From positions 94,206-158,205 of the forward strand of contig VMFS01000001.1 of the NCBI GenBank assembly GCA_007376185.1: a stretch of 64,000 bases of DNA. Direction: 5' to 3'. This stretch comes from Parcubacteria group bacterium Gr01-1014_30 (GTDB lineage Bacteria; Patescibacteriota; Minisyncoccia; Minisyncoccales; 2-12-FULL-40-12). The translations under genes and the position numbers were made by a program. A model generated the notes under the pieces. The model saw nothing but the letters and a program-made list of their open reading frames with translations, searched no databases and had not been told where the DNA came from. Positions 46,131 through 59,712 of the stretch are shown piece after piece; position 1 is the stretch's first letter, and every line of letters begins with the position of its first letter.

Positions 46131-47194
46131 ATTACCAAGACCAGATAAAAAAGTTATTAGAACACGCCGTTAAAGAGCAGGCTTCAGACCTTCACTTGTC
46201 TGTCGGTCACCCGCCTACTTTGAGGATAGCCGGCCGACTTTTCCCTTTGGCGAAAGTAATGAAAGAGTTGTCTCCAGCTGACACTCAAGGGCTTGCTTTT
46301 GCTTTATTGCAAGAGGAGCAAAAGCAAAGGTTGTTGTCGGTGAAAGAACTGGACTTTTCCTACGAGCTTCAAGAGAAATCAAGGTTCAGGGTAAATATCT
46401 TTTTGCAAAGAGGAAACTTTGCGGCCGCTTTAAGACAAGTGCCAAGCCGCATTCCGACGATTGAAGAGCTGAATCTGCCGCCGCTTTTGCATAAATTCAC
46501 CACGCCGAAACAGGGTTTTATCCTCATTACGGGACCTTCAAGCCAAGGTAAGTCAACCACCTTGGCCGCCCTGCTTGACGAGATAAATCACACGAGAACC
46601 GACCACATCATCACCATTGAAGACCCTATTGAGTATATTTTTGAGGCTGACCGCTGCATCATTGACCAAAGAGAGGTTTACCAAGACACGCTTTCTTTTG
46701 ATAGGGCCCTGAGGTCAACCTTCCGTCAAGACCCCGACGTCATTATGGTGGGTGAAATGCGCGACGCTGAAACCATGGCCATTGCTTTGCAGGCCGCAGA
46801 AACAGGGCATTTGGTTTTTTCCACTCTGCACACCAACTCGGCCCCTCAAAGCATACACAGAATTGTGGGGGCGTTTCCTCCAGAATATCAGATCCAGATT
46901 AGGGCTCAGTTGTCAGGGGCTCTTTTAGGCGTAGTTTCTCAGCGGCTGGTTCCCAGAATAAAGGGCGGTCTTATCCCGGCTTGCGAGGTAATGATTACCA
47001 CCCCGGCTGTCGCCAACCTTATCCGCGAAAATAAAATTCACGAACTGCCCTTAGTTATAGAGACGTCGGCTGAAGCGGGAATGACGTCTTTAAACAAGTA
47101 CTTGGCGAACTTGATAAGGACTAAAGAAGTAGCTTTGGAAAACGCCCTGAGTTATTCTCTGGACCCGGTAGAACTAAGGACTTTGGCAAGATGA
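46127..47194 (+). CDS. pilT: Type IV pilus retraction ATPase PilT
   Basis: ASDLHL, RFRVN, GPSSQGKSTT, TIEDPIE, RQDPDVIMVGEMRD, AETGHLV, ANLIRE. Confidence 0.95.
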   Translation: MNYQDQIKKLLEHAVKEQASDLHLSVGHPPTLRIAGRLFPLAKVMKELSPADTQGLAFALLQEEQKQRLLSVKELDFSYELQEKSRFRVNIFLQRGNFAAALRQVPSRIPTIEELNLPPLLHKFTTPKQGFILITGPSSQGKSTTLAALLDEINHTRTDHIITIEDPIEYIFEADRCIIDQREVYQDTLSFDRALRSTFRQDPDVIMVGEMRDAETMAIALQAAETGHLVFSTLHTNSAPQSIHRIVGAFPPEYQIQIRAQLSGALLGVVSQRLVPRIKGGLIPACEVMITTPAVANLIRENKIHELPLVIETSAEAGMTSLNKYLANLIRTKEVALENALSYSLDPVELRTLAR

Positions 47195-47277
47195 TTACGA
47201 AATTACGAATTTTCTACGAAAGTACGAAAATTCTTAATTTTTTTTCGTATTTTCGTATTTTTTTCGTAATTTCGTAA
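47195..47277. repeat. Empty TACGAAA inverted-arm element
   Basis: TACGAAATTACGAA..TACGAAAGTACGAAA ... TTTCGTA..TTTCGTAATTTCGTAA; same arms as those flanking the GxxExxY gene. Confidence 0.8.
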
Positions 47278-47281
47278 GGCT

Positions 47282-48487
47282 ATGAAATTCAACTACCAAG
47301 CCCGAACAAAGACTGGAGAAATTCAATCAGGCCAGGTAGAAGCGGTTTCTCGGGATTCGGCTCTTAATCTTTTGAGGTCGCACAAGCTTTTCATTACCGC
47401 CTTGGAAGAGGTCGCCGCCCCTTTTTACGCGAGACGTCTAAAATTCTTTGACAGGATTCCGGCCAAAGAAATCGTTATTTTCTCCAGTCAGCTGGCCGTT
47501 ATGTTTAAATCGGAAATATCTCCGGTTGAAGTTTTGGGCACGCTTGCCAAGCAAGTTAAAAATGAACAGCTCCGAGAAAAAATTCTTGACATGGTTGAAA
47601 AAGTGGAAGGAGGAAGCCCTCTCTCAAATACGTTCGCTCTTTATCCTGAGGTTTTCAGCCCATTTTACGTTAATATGGTTAAAAGCGGGGAAGCAACGGG
47701 AAAGCTGTCAGAAATCTTCTCATACCTGGCCGATTATCTGGAGAAGGAATACGAGTTTAACAGAAAGGTTAAGGGAACGATGATTTACCCCGTTTTTCTT
47801 TTGGCCGTTTTCCTGGCCGTAATAGGCATAATAATATTTTTCGTGGTGCCCCAGCTCTCTCAGTTTTTAGCCGAAGCGGAGATAGAGCTTTCTCTTCTCA
47901 CCAGGTTTCTGCTCGGCGCTTCTAAGTTTTTAAGACAATGGTGGTTTCTTTTACTTTTACTTCCTTTGGGGCTGGCCGTTTTTCTACGTTTTTATTTAAA
48001 AACCAAAGAAGGCAAGGCCTTTTTTGATAAAATGATGCTCAAGGTGCCTGTCTTGGGAGGTTTCTTAAAAAGTATTTATCTTTCTCGCGTATCTCTTAAC
48101 CTTTCAACCTTGATATCAGGGGGTTTGCCCATTGTGCAGGCGCTGCAGGTTACCAGCAACGTTGTCGGCAACGAAGTTTACAAATCAATTATTACGGAAA
48201 CCGCGAAAGAGGTGAGGACTGGCGAGTCTATAAGCGCGACCTTGGCAAAGTATCCTGAAGAGTTTTTCGCCCTCTTCGTTCAGATGGTGGCAGTGGGTGA
48301 AAAAACCGGCCGGCTAGATTCTTCTTTAAGAAGTACGGTTGATTTTTACCAAAAGGAGGTTGAGCGGGAACTAGATAACTTTATGAGAGTTTTGGAGCCG
48401 GCTTTGATTGTTTTTTTCGGCCTTTTGGTTGGCGCTTTGATGACTGCGGTGATTATTCCAGTTTACCAGATAATAACCAGTTTTTGA
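47282..48487 (+). CDS. pilC: Type IV pilus platform protein PilC (GspF family)
   Basis: Two GspF domains: GE.TG.L, MIYP, GEKTGRLD, LEP. Confidence 0.95.
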   Translation: MKFNYQARTKTGEIQSGQVEAVSRDSALNLLRSHKLFITALEEVAAPFYARRLKFFDRIPAKEIVIFSSQLAVMFKSEISPVEVLGTLAKQVKNEQLREKILDMVEKVEGGSPLSNTFALYPEVFSPFYVNMVKSGEATGKLSEIFSYLADYLEKEYEFNRKVKGTMIYPVFLLAVFLAVIGIIIFFVVPQLSQFLAEAEIELSLLTRFLLGASKFLRQWWFLLLLLPLGLAVFLRFYLKTKEGKAFFDKMMLKVPVLGGFLKSIYLSRVSLNLSTLISGGLPIVQALQVTSNVVGNEVYKSIITETAKEVRTGESISATLAKYPEEFFALFVQMVAVGEKTGRLDSSLRSTVDFYQKEVERELDNFMRVLEPALIVFFGLLVGALMTAVIIPVYQIITSF

Positions 48488-48788
48488 CCCCGCACCTTTT
48501 CAGGACTTATTAACTTAATGTACTGGGTCTATATCATAAAAAGCGAGCTCCACAGTAAGTTATACATTGGCCGTACCAATGACTTATCTAAGAGATTAAA
48601 AGATCATAACTCAGGAAGATCCCCATCTACAAAAAAATACATACCATGGAAACCAGTTTATATTGAAGGCTACGCCGTTGAACAAGACGCTAAAGACCGA
48701 GAAGAAAAAATGAAATACTTTGGTAAGGTTTATAGCCAACTTAAAATAAGGATCAGGCGTAGCCTTCGGTCCTGAAAAGGTGCGGGGT
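48487..48788. mobile_element. GIY-YIG gene cassette bounded by perfect 20-bp inverted repeats
   Basis: ACCCCGCACCTTTTCAGGAC (48487-48506) and GTCCTGAAAAGGTGCGGGGT (48769-48788). Confidence 0.7.
48518..48775 (+). CDS. Small GIY-YIG nuclease
   Basis: YWVYIIKS....LYIGRTNDL.KRL..HN.G....TK...PW..VY.E......A..RE...K. Confidence 0.92.
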   Translation: MYWVYIIKSELHSKLYIGRTNDLSKRLKDHNSGRSPSTKKYIPWKPVYIEGYAVEQDAKDREEKMKYFGKVYSQLKIRIRRSLRS

Positions 48789-48843
48789 TTTGATTGACAA
48801 AGGAGTTTGCTGTATAATAATAGAAGTAGCAGGAAATATACAA

Positions 48844-48915
48844 ACCCCGCACCTTTTTTGTGCTCCTTTCAGTAATTTTGATGCCGTAGGCATCAAGCAC
48901 ACAAAAGGTGCGGGG
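48844..48915. repeat. Short element with the same CCCCGCACCTTTT/AAAAGGTGCGGGG ends and no gene
   Basis: Terminal inverted repeat matches the outer 13 bp of the GIY-YIG cassette; internal hairpin TTGATGCC..GGCATCAA. Confidence 0.8.
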
Positions 48916-48962
48916 AAAGGTCGAGCATCAATCATAGATCAAAAATTTAAACTATAATAATT

Positions 48963-49379
48963 ATGAAAAGAAATAAAGGTTTTACCCTAATTGAACTTTT
49001 GGTGGTCATTGCCATTATCGGCATTTTGGCCTCCATTGTATTGGTTTCTTTGGCCGGAGCCAGGAACAGGGCTAGGGACGCGAGAGTTACTGCGGATATG
49101 GGGCAGATAAGAACAGTCGCCACGGTTTATGAAGGAAATAACGGCAACTACGTCGGATTGTGTGCTAACGCAGACATGGACACGCTTGAAGCAGATATAG
49201 ACGCTCAAAATGGGACATTGGGGGTTCCGGAATGCCAAGTGGACGCTGGTGGTGCCGCCTTCTGCGTTGTAGCTGCGCTAAATAACGGGCAATTCTGGTG
49301 TGTGGACTCTACCTTGAGGTCGCAGTCGTATGCCGCTGACCCGGCAACTTGCAGTGGGACTGCATGGACCTGTCAGTAA
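48963..49379 (+). CDS. Major type IV pilin
   Basis: KGFTLIELLVVIAIIGILASIV, ARDAR, C-terminal Cys pairs; own promoter (TTGATT-N17-TATAAT at 48790-48818). Confidence 0.93.
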   Translation: MKRNKGFTLIELLVVIAIIGILASIVLVSLAGARNRARDARVTADMGQIRTVATVYEGNNGNYVGLCANADMDTLEADIDAQNGTLGVPECQVDAGGAAFCVVAALNNGQFWCVDSTLRSQSYAADPATCSGTAWTCQ

Positions 49380-49433
49380 AATACTGATAATCGGTTATTT
49401 CAGTTTTGGAGCCATTCTGTTAATATTAACAGA

Positions 49434-50252
49434 ATGGCTTATTTTTTATTTCATTTTTTTGTTTTTATCTTAGGTCTGGTTGTCGGCTCATTTTTAAACT
49501 CGGTTATCTATCGTTTAGAGTCAAGAGGCAGCTTTTTGAAAGGCCGTTCTTTTTGCCCGCATTGTAAACACATTTTAACTTGGCAGGATTTAGTTCCTTT
49601 TGTCAGTTTTTTCGTTCTTGGGGGCAAATGTCGCTACTGCCAGCAAAAAATCTCCTGGCAATACCCAGCAGTAGAAGTATCAACTGCGCTGCTGTTTCTG
49701 CTAATTTTCAATCAACAATTTATCTCCACTTTATCTCAATTTACTACTACTTTATATCTATTTCTTGTTTCCTCCTTCTTGATAGTGATTTTCGTCTATG
49801 ATCTGAAACACTATATTATTCCCGATAAAATAGTTTACCCCGCCATCGTCATCGCCTTTTTATACCAGCTGTCTGTTATAATTTGGAATTTGCCTGCCCC
49901 GTATCATTCCGAAGGAATTGGTGCGGGGTTTAGGATTTGGAGTTTAGGATTTGGAATTTTGCCTTCTTTGTTCTTTTTAGGGATTATTTTATTGTCTCAA
50001 GGCCGCTTGATGGGCATGGGCGACTTTAAGTTAGCCATATTGATGGGCTTGATTCTTGGCTGGCCCAACATTTCGGTGGCTCTATTTTTAGCTTTCCTCA
50101 TCGGTGCTATAATGGGGGCAGGATTGATACTTTCTGGCAGGAAGTCCTTAAAATCAGAGGTGCCTTTCGGCCCTTTTCTGGTTGGCGGCACATTTTTGGC
50201 CTTTTTCTGGGGAGATAAAATAATTAATTGGTATTTTAATTTCCTATTATGA
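49434..50252 (+). CDS. pilD: Prepilin peptidase
   Basis: GSFLN, RS.CP.C, GKCR.C, YDL, MGMGDFKL, PFGPFL. Confidence 0.95.
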   Translation: MAYFLFHFFVFILGLVVGSFLNSVIYRLESRGSFLKGRSFCPHCKHILTWQDLVPFVSFFVLGGKCRYCQQKISWQYPAVEVSTALLFLLIFNQQFISTLSQFTTTLYLFLVSSFLIVIFVYDLKHYIIPDKIVYPAIVIAFLYQLSVIIWNLPAPYHSEGIGAGFRIWSLGFGILPSLFFLGIILLSQGRLMGMGDFKLAILMGLILGWPNISVALFLAFLIGAIMGAGLILSGRKSLKSEVPFGPFLVGGTFLAFFWGDKIINWYFNFLL

Positions 50253-50761
50253 GTCAAAAAGGATTTACCCTTGTAGAACTTGTTGTCGTCACCGGCATAA
50301 TTATTTTTTTGTCCGCGATGCTTTTAGTCAACTGGCGACCGGCGGCCGAGGAGTTTGCCCTTCAGCGTTCAGCTCACAAGCTGGCTCAAGACATCAGAAG
50401 AGCCAGCGAGATGGCAATGTCGGCAAGGGAATTTCAAGGGAGCGTGCCTCAAGGCGGCTACGGGTTTCACGTTCGTTTTCCCTCAGAAACAGAATCTTAT
50501 GTGCTGTATGCGGACACCAACGGCAACCAAAGATACGACGCAGCCGACGGCATAGTGGAAACGGTTTACTTAGAACAGGAAGTTATTGTGCACAGCGTTT
50601 CCAAGAACAACTTAAGCATAAATTTCAAGCCGCCCAACCCAACGGTTAGTATTACCCCCATTTCAACCGTGGCAGACATAACTCTTGCCCTTAAATCAGA
50701 CCCCACGAAAATAAGATCAGTCATAATTCATATCTCGGGGTTAATAGAAATAGAGGAATAA
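50249..50761 (+). CDS. Minor pilin (FimT/GspH-like)
   Basis: KGFTLVEL N-methylation motif. Confidence 0.85.
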   Translation: MSQKGFTLVELVVVTGIIIFLSAMLLVNWRPAAEEFALQRSAHKLAQDIRRASEMAMSAREFQGSVPQGGYGFHVRFPSETESYVLYADTNGNQRYDAADGIVETVYLEQEVIVHSVSKNNLSINFKPPNPTVSITPISTVADITLALKSDPTKIRSVIIHISGLIEIEE

Positions 50762-51265
50762 ATGCTTAAATGCTTAAGTGTTAAAGTGAAAGGTGGGGGG
50801 TTCACGCTGTTGGAGATGATGTTTGCCGTGTTTGTGGTTGCCGTAGGATTGACGGGGGTAATTTCTTTAATACATAGGGCGTCTTTTGGCGCGCAAATAG
50901 CCGCCTCGCGCTTAACAGCAGCTTACTTGGCGCAAGAAGGCGTTGAGATAGTCAGAAACATACGCGACTCAAACTGGCTGGCGCAAAGAGACGACCCCGC
51001 CATTGCTTGGAACCAAAACCTTGGGAATGGGGACTGGGAAGCCGATTATGACGATTTCACTTTAACCCCTTTTCAAAACCGCAACCTGAAAATTAACGGC
51101 GGTTTTTACAACTATGCCTTCGGTACAGACACCAAGTTCAAAAGAAAAATTACCATTACCCAAACAAGCGCGGGTACTTTGGCGGTTGCGGTTGATGTTG
51201 CCTGGCAGGAAGGGGGAAGGTCTTGGTCGGTTTTTGTTCACGAGAATTTATATAACTGGAGATAA
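50762..51265 (+). CDS. Minor pilin (PilV-like)
   Basis: GFTLLEM, A.YLAQEG.E.VRNIRD.NW. Confidence 0.85.
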   Translation: MLKCLSVKVKGGGFTLLEMMFAVFVVAVGLTGVISLIHRASFGAQIAASRLTAAYLAQEGVEIVRNIRDSNWLAQRDDPAIAWNQNLGNGDWEADYDDFTLTPFQNRNLKINGGFYNYAFGTDTKFKRKITITQTSAGTLAVAVDVAWQEGGRSWSVFVHENLYNWR

Positions 51266-51269
51266 TTTT

Positions 51270-51812
51270 ATGGGACACAAGGGATTCACACTAATTGAAC
51301 TGCTGGTTGCCGTAGCCGTGCTTTCCATTATAATTGGAGCCATAGTGGGCATTTTTATTGCCGGAGTAAGGCAGCAAAGTATCGCGTTGAAAGTCCAGAC
51401 GATTTTGGACCAAACAAGCTTCGTGGCGGAGTTTATGAGCAGGGCTCTAAGGCTGGCGCAAAAAGAACTCGGCCAGGGGTGTCTTTCAGAGCTGGGCTTG
51501 AACTACGAGATAACCAGAGGAGGCGAGGGAATAAAGTTTATAAACTCTTTGGAAAACCAAGACTGCCAGGAATTTTTCTTTGACCCTAATTTTAGGCAGG
51601 TGATGTATTCTAGAATGGGGCAGGAGCTTGAAATTACTTCCATAAGGAATCCGGTGCTTTCCTTTAGCGTTAACTTAACCGGCGAGTCCCAAGACGACAA
51701 CGTTCAGCCGCGTATAACCTTCTTTTTAGCGGTTCAAGGAGAAACTGCAGGTGTGCCGAGGGTGCGTATTCAAACCACAGTATCTCAGCGAAACTTAGAT
51801 GCCAGACGCTAA
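51270..51812 (+). CDS. Minor pilin (PilW-like)
   Basis: MGHKGFTLIELLVA; C-terminal QTTVSQR. Start reset to ATG 51270. Confidence 0.85.
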   Translation: MGHKGFTLIELLVAVAVLSIIIGAIVGIFIAGVRQQSIALKVQTILDQTSFVAEFMSRALRLAQKELGQGCLSELGLNYEITRGGEGIKFINSLENQDCQEFFFDPNFRQVMYSRMGQELEITSIRNPVLSFSVNLTGESQDDNVQPRITFFLAVQGETAGVPRVRIQTTVSQRNLDARR

Positions 51813-51819
51813 TGCTAAA

Positions 51820-52146
51820 ATGAATAAAGGGGCGGCTCTTTTCCTGTCGATTATGGTTTTGGCAACTCTTTTGGCAATCGCTTTGGGTATTTCCACGATT
51901 TCCGTCAGACAGGTCGATACCCTGCAGCGCATGGTAAGTTCGGTGCAGGCGTTTTTTGCCGCCGACACCGGAATTGAAAGAGCTTTATTTGAAGGACAGT
52001 CGGTTTCTGGAACCCTTCCTAACGGCGCCTCATACTCGGTTCAGCTCATATCGCCTGGTTCTTCCGGATGCCTAGGAGCGAATTACTGCTTAAGAGGAAT
52101 AGGAATTTTCCGAAGCGTAAGAAGGGCTCTGGAGATCACGAGATAA
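51820..52146 (+). CDS. Minor pilin (PilX-like)
   Basis: KGAALFL (no E5), AFFAADTGIERAL. Confidence 0.8.
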   Translation: MNKGAALFLSIMVLATLLAIALGISTISVRQVDTLQRMVSSVQAFFAADTGIERALFEGQSVSGTLPNGASYSVQLISPGSSGCLGANYCLRGIGIFRSVRRALEITR

Positions 52147-52183
52147 ATTTCATTTTAGCATTTAAACATGTTTTTATGTTTGA

Positions 52184-55328
<3,145 letters not shown>

Positions 55329-55329
<1 letters not shown>

Positions 55330-55357
55330 CCCCCACACCAAATTTTGGTGTGGGGGT
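55329..55357. repeat. CCCCACACCAAA..TTGGTGTGGGG palindrome (may also act as a bidirectional terminator)
   Basis: Perfect hairpin between convergent rodA and atpC; related copy at 12480-12507. Confidence 0.75.
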
Positions 55358-55620
55358 TAAAGCCCTAAAAAGATATTAACTCTGTTTTCGCTTGTCTCCA
55401 AGAGTCCTCTTTCAAATTGGTAAGTGAGTTTTTTTTTATCAGAGATGTGAATTGTTAAATTATCAAAAATAAGGGTAATGAAATTGGTGTGCTCTGGCAG
55501 AACATCAAATTTTCCCAATCTATTTTGGGAAGAAACAGCTTGGGCCGTTCCTCGAAATTGTTCTTTTTCAATAATTGCCGAAAATAACACTTTTACATCA
55601 AGCGCGGTAGTTTTTTCCAT
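55357..55620 (-). CDS. atpC: F1-like ATPase epsilon subunit (N-terminal beta domain only)
   Basis: G.FDVLPEHTNFIT.I, G.LE...N.V; follows atpD. Confidence 0.75.
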   Translation of the reverse strand: MEKTTALDVKVLFSAIIEKEQFRGTAQAVSSQNRLGKFDVLPEHTNFITLIFDNLTIHISDKKKLTYQFERGLLETSENRVNIFLGL

Positions 55621-55623
55621 GGT

Positions 55624-57818
<2,195 letters not shown>

Positions 57819-57821
57819 AGG

Positions 57822-59210
57822 TTATCCTGACCCCTTAATTGGTAGTTCAATCCAGAAAGTTGTTCCTTTACCCCAGCCTTCAGATTCGGCCCAGGTTCTG
57901 CCTCCGTGGGCTTTGACAAATTCAAAGACAATACTTAAACCAATTCCCCGTCCCGGGCCGTAAAGTTTTTTTGCCGCCGCTGACCTTTCAAAGAGTTTCC
58001 CCCGCAAAAAATAATCTATTTCTTCTTTTTCCATTCCAATACCCGTGTCAGTAACCCCAATTTTTAACCACCGCCCTTTTCCAGAAGGGCGGGGCCCAGC
58101 CCATTTAGAAATGGGCTGTGGTTCTTCATTTTCCACTTTTAATTTAACAGTCACGCCTCCCCGATTCGTGTATTTAACGGCATTATTAACCAAATTCCAA
58201 ATTGCCTCTTTTATCATGCTTTTGTTCAACATTAAGGTTGGGAGTTTTTCGCCAGTACCGGCAGCTAGCTCATACTTTAAATAGATATTTTTTTGCTCTG
58301 CTTCAAGTTTCAATTCTTCAATTACGTTTTTAATGAGAGCTTCAATTTGGCAATCTTCTAAATCCAAAGATTTTTTCCCCACCCTCAGTTCCTGGATGTA
58401 TAATAAGTTTTCCATTAAAGAATAGAGATTATCAACTAATTTTTTTATTTCAATAAGTTTCTCCTTGATAACCGGATTTTCCTCTCTGCCGTAAGTTCCT
58501 TCTAAAATTCTTTCCAAATATCCTTTAATTGGGCCAATTGGAGTTCTTAGGTGATGCTGGAGAGATAACAAGAGTTGGTCTTTTGCCGATGCCAATTTTC
58601 CCCATTCTTCAGCCAAACTTTCGGCTTCCTTTCTCTTAGCTTTCTCTTTGGTTAAAGAATGACCAAAAATAAAGGACACTAAAAATAAAAAAGCAAGTAC
58701 GGGACCCAGCCACAAATATTCACTTTGCCCGGTTATTATTGGTAAGAAGACGTACAAAACCGTAATGGCAACAACTAACAACGCAAAACTAACCAAAGTA
58801 TAAAGAGCCCGCGAGTGGCTTAGCAAGGAACTTTTAAGTGATTTTTCAAATAAAATTGCCGTTCCCAACCCGGCATAGATAAAAAGCAGCATAAAAAAGA
58901 TTGCTTCTTGAGGATGCATCCTCGTTAAAAAGTTTTTTTCATCTTCAATAATGAAAATGCCCACAATGAGAGCTAGACCCAAAATGGAGGAGGCAATTAA
59001 CGGGACTTTAATTTTTGGAGAGACACTATTGGAAATAGCGACAATGAAATAAAAAAGCTCCAAGATAACAATAATTGTTAGCGAAGCAGTTATTTTCATC
59101 CATTCTGGACCTGCCAGCAAGAGGGGGTTTGAGTAAAAATATAAAGAGCCCGACCATGAGATGATAATAATAGCGAAGATGAGAAAATGGAGATTGCTAA
59201 TAAAGTTCAT
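57822..59210 (-). CDS. Membrane sensor histidine kinase
   Basis: About six TM helices, QHHLRTP, NLVNNAVKYT, DTGIG, GRGIGL. Confidence 0.92.
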   Translation of the reverse strand: MNFISNLHFLIFAIIIISWSGSLYFYSNPLLLAGPEWMKITASLTIIVILELFYFIVAISNSVSPKIKVPLIASSILGLALIVGIFIIEDEKNFLTRMHPQEAIFFMLLFIYAGLGTAILFEKSLKSSLLSHSRALYTLVSFALLVVAITVLYVFLPIITGQSEYLWLGPVLAFLFLVSFIFGHSLTKEKAKRKEAESLAEEWGKLASAKDQLLLSLQHHLRTPIGPIKGYLERILEGTYGREENPVIKEKLIEIKKLVDNLYSLMENLLYIQELRVGKKSLDLEDCQIEALIKNVIEELKLEAEQKNIYLKYELAAGTGEKLPTLMLNKSMIKEAIWNLVNNAVKYTNRGGVTVKLKVENEEPQPISKWAGPRPSGKGRWLKIGVTDTGIGMEKEEIDYFLRGKLFERSAAAKKLYGPGRGIGLSIVFEFVKAHGGRTWAESEGWGKGTTFWIELPIKGSG

Positions 59211-59221
59211 TTAGACAGAGT

Positions 59222-59608
59222 TTATTTTAGCCCTTCTCGCATTATTTCGGTTAGTTCCTTTAGTGAGTATTGAGCTTTAACCAAGATTTTGTCAATTCCT
59301 TCTTTGTTAAGCTCTTCGTTTGATTCAGCGCTACTGTAGTTGGTTAAGGCATAAATTTTAAGAGTTTTCGTTTCAGGGTATTTTCTGACTTCTTTTAAAA
59401 TCTCAATGCCGTTGATATCTGGCAGAATTAAATCCAATAAAATTAAATCTGGTTTCTCTTTTTTACCCTCTCTGATTTCTTGCACCATTGCAATTGCCTT
59501 CTTTCCCAAGTCCAAAATTTCAATTTCAAATCCGGCCATTGGAAAGGTCTCTTTAAAAAGTTTAATGGTTGGAACATCGTCTTCGATTATGAGAATTTTC
59601 GGTTTCAT
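59222..59608 (-). CDS. Stand-alone response regulator receiver protein
   Basis: LIIEDD, LLDLILPDING, TN, LVK. Confidence 0.9.
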   Translation of the reverse strand: MKPKILIIEDDVPTIKLFKETFPMAGFEIEILDLGKKAIAMVQEIREGKKEKPDLILLDLILPDINGIEILKEVRKYPETKTLKIYALTNYSSAESNEELNKEGIDKILVKAQYSLKELTEIMREGLK

Positions 59609-59712
59609 AGAGATAGAAAATTTTCATCAAGATAAGCTTGAACAAAATGAAAGCTTATCGCTATTAAAATTTTTGGCTTTGGCATAAAATTTTTGGCTTT
59701 GGCATTTAGAAT

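Noticed and set aside
59666-59705. 20-bp tandem duplication (AAAATTTTTGGCTTTGGCAT x2) as a regulatory array
   Set aside because: Only two copies in an intergenic gap; most simply a local slippage duplication.
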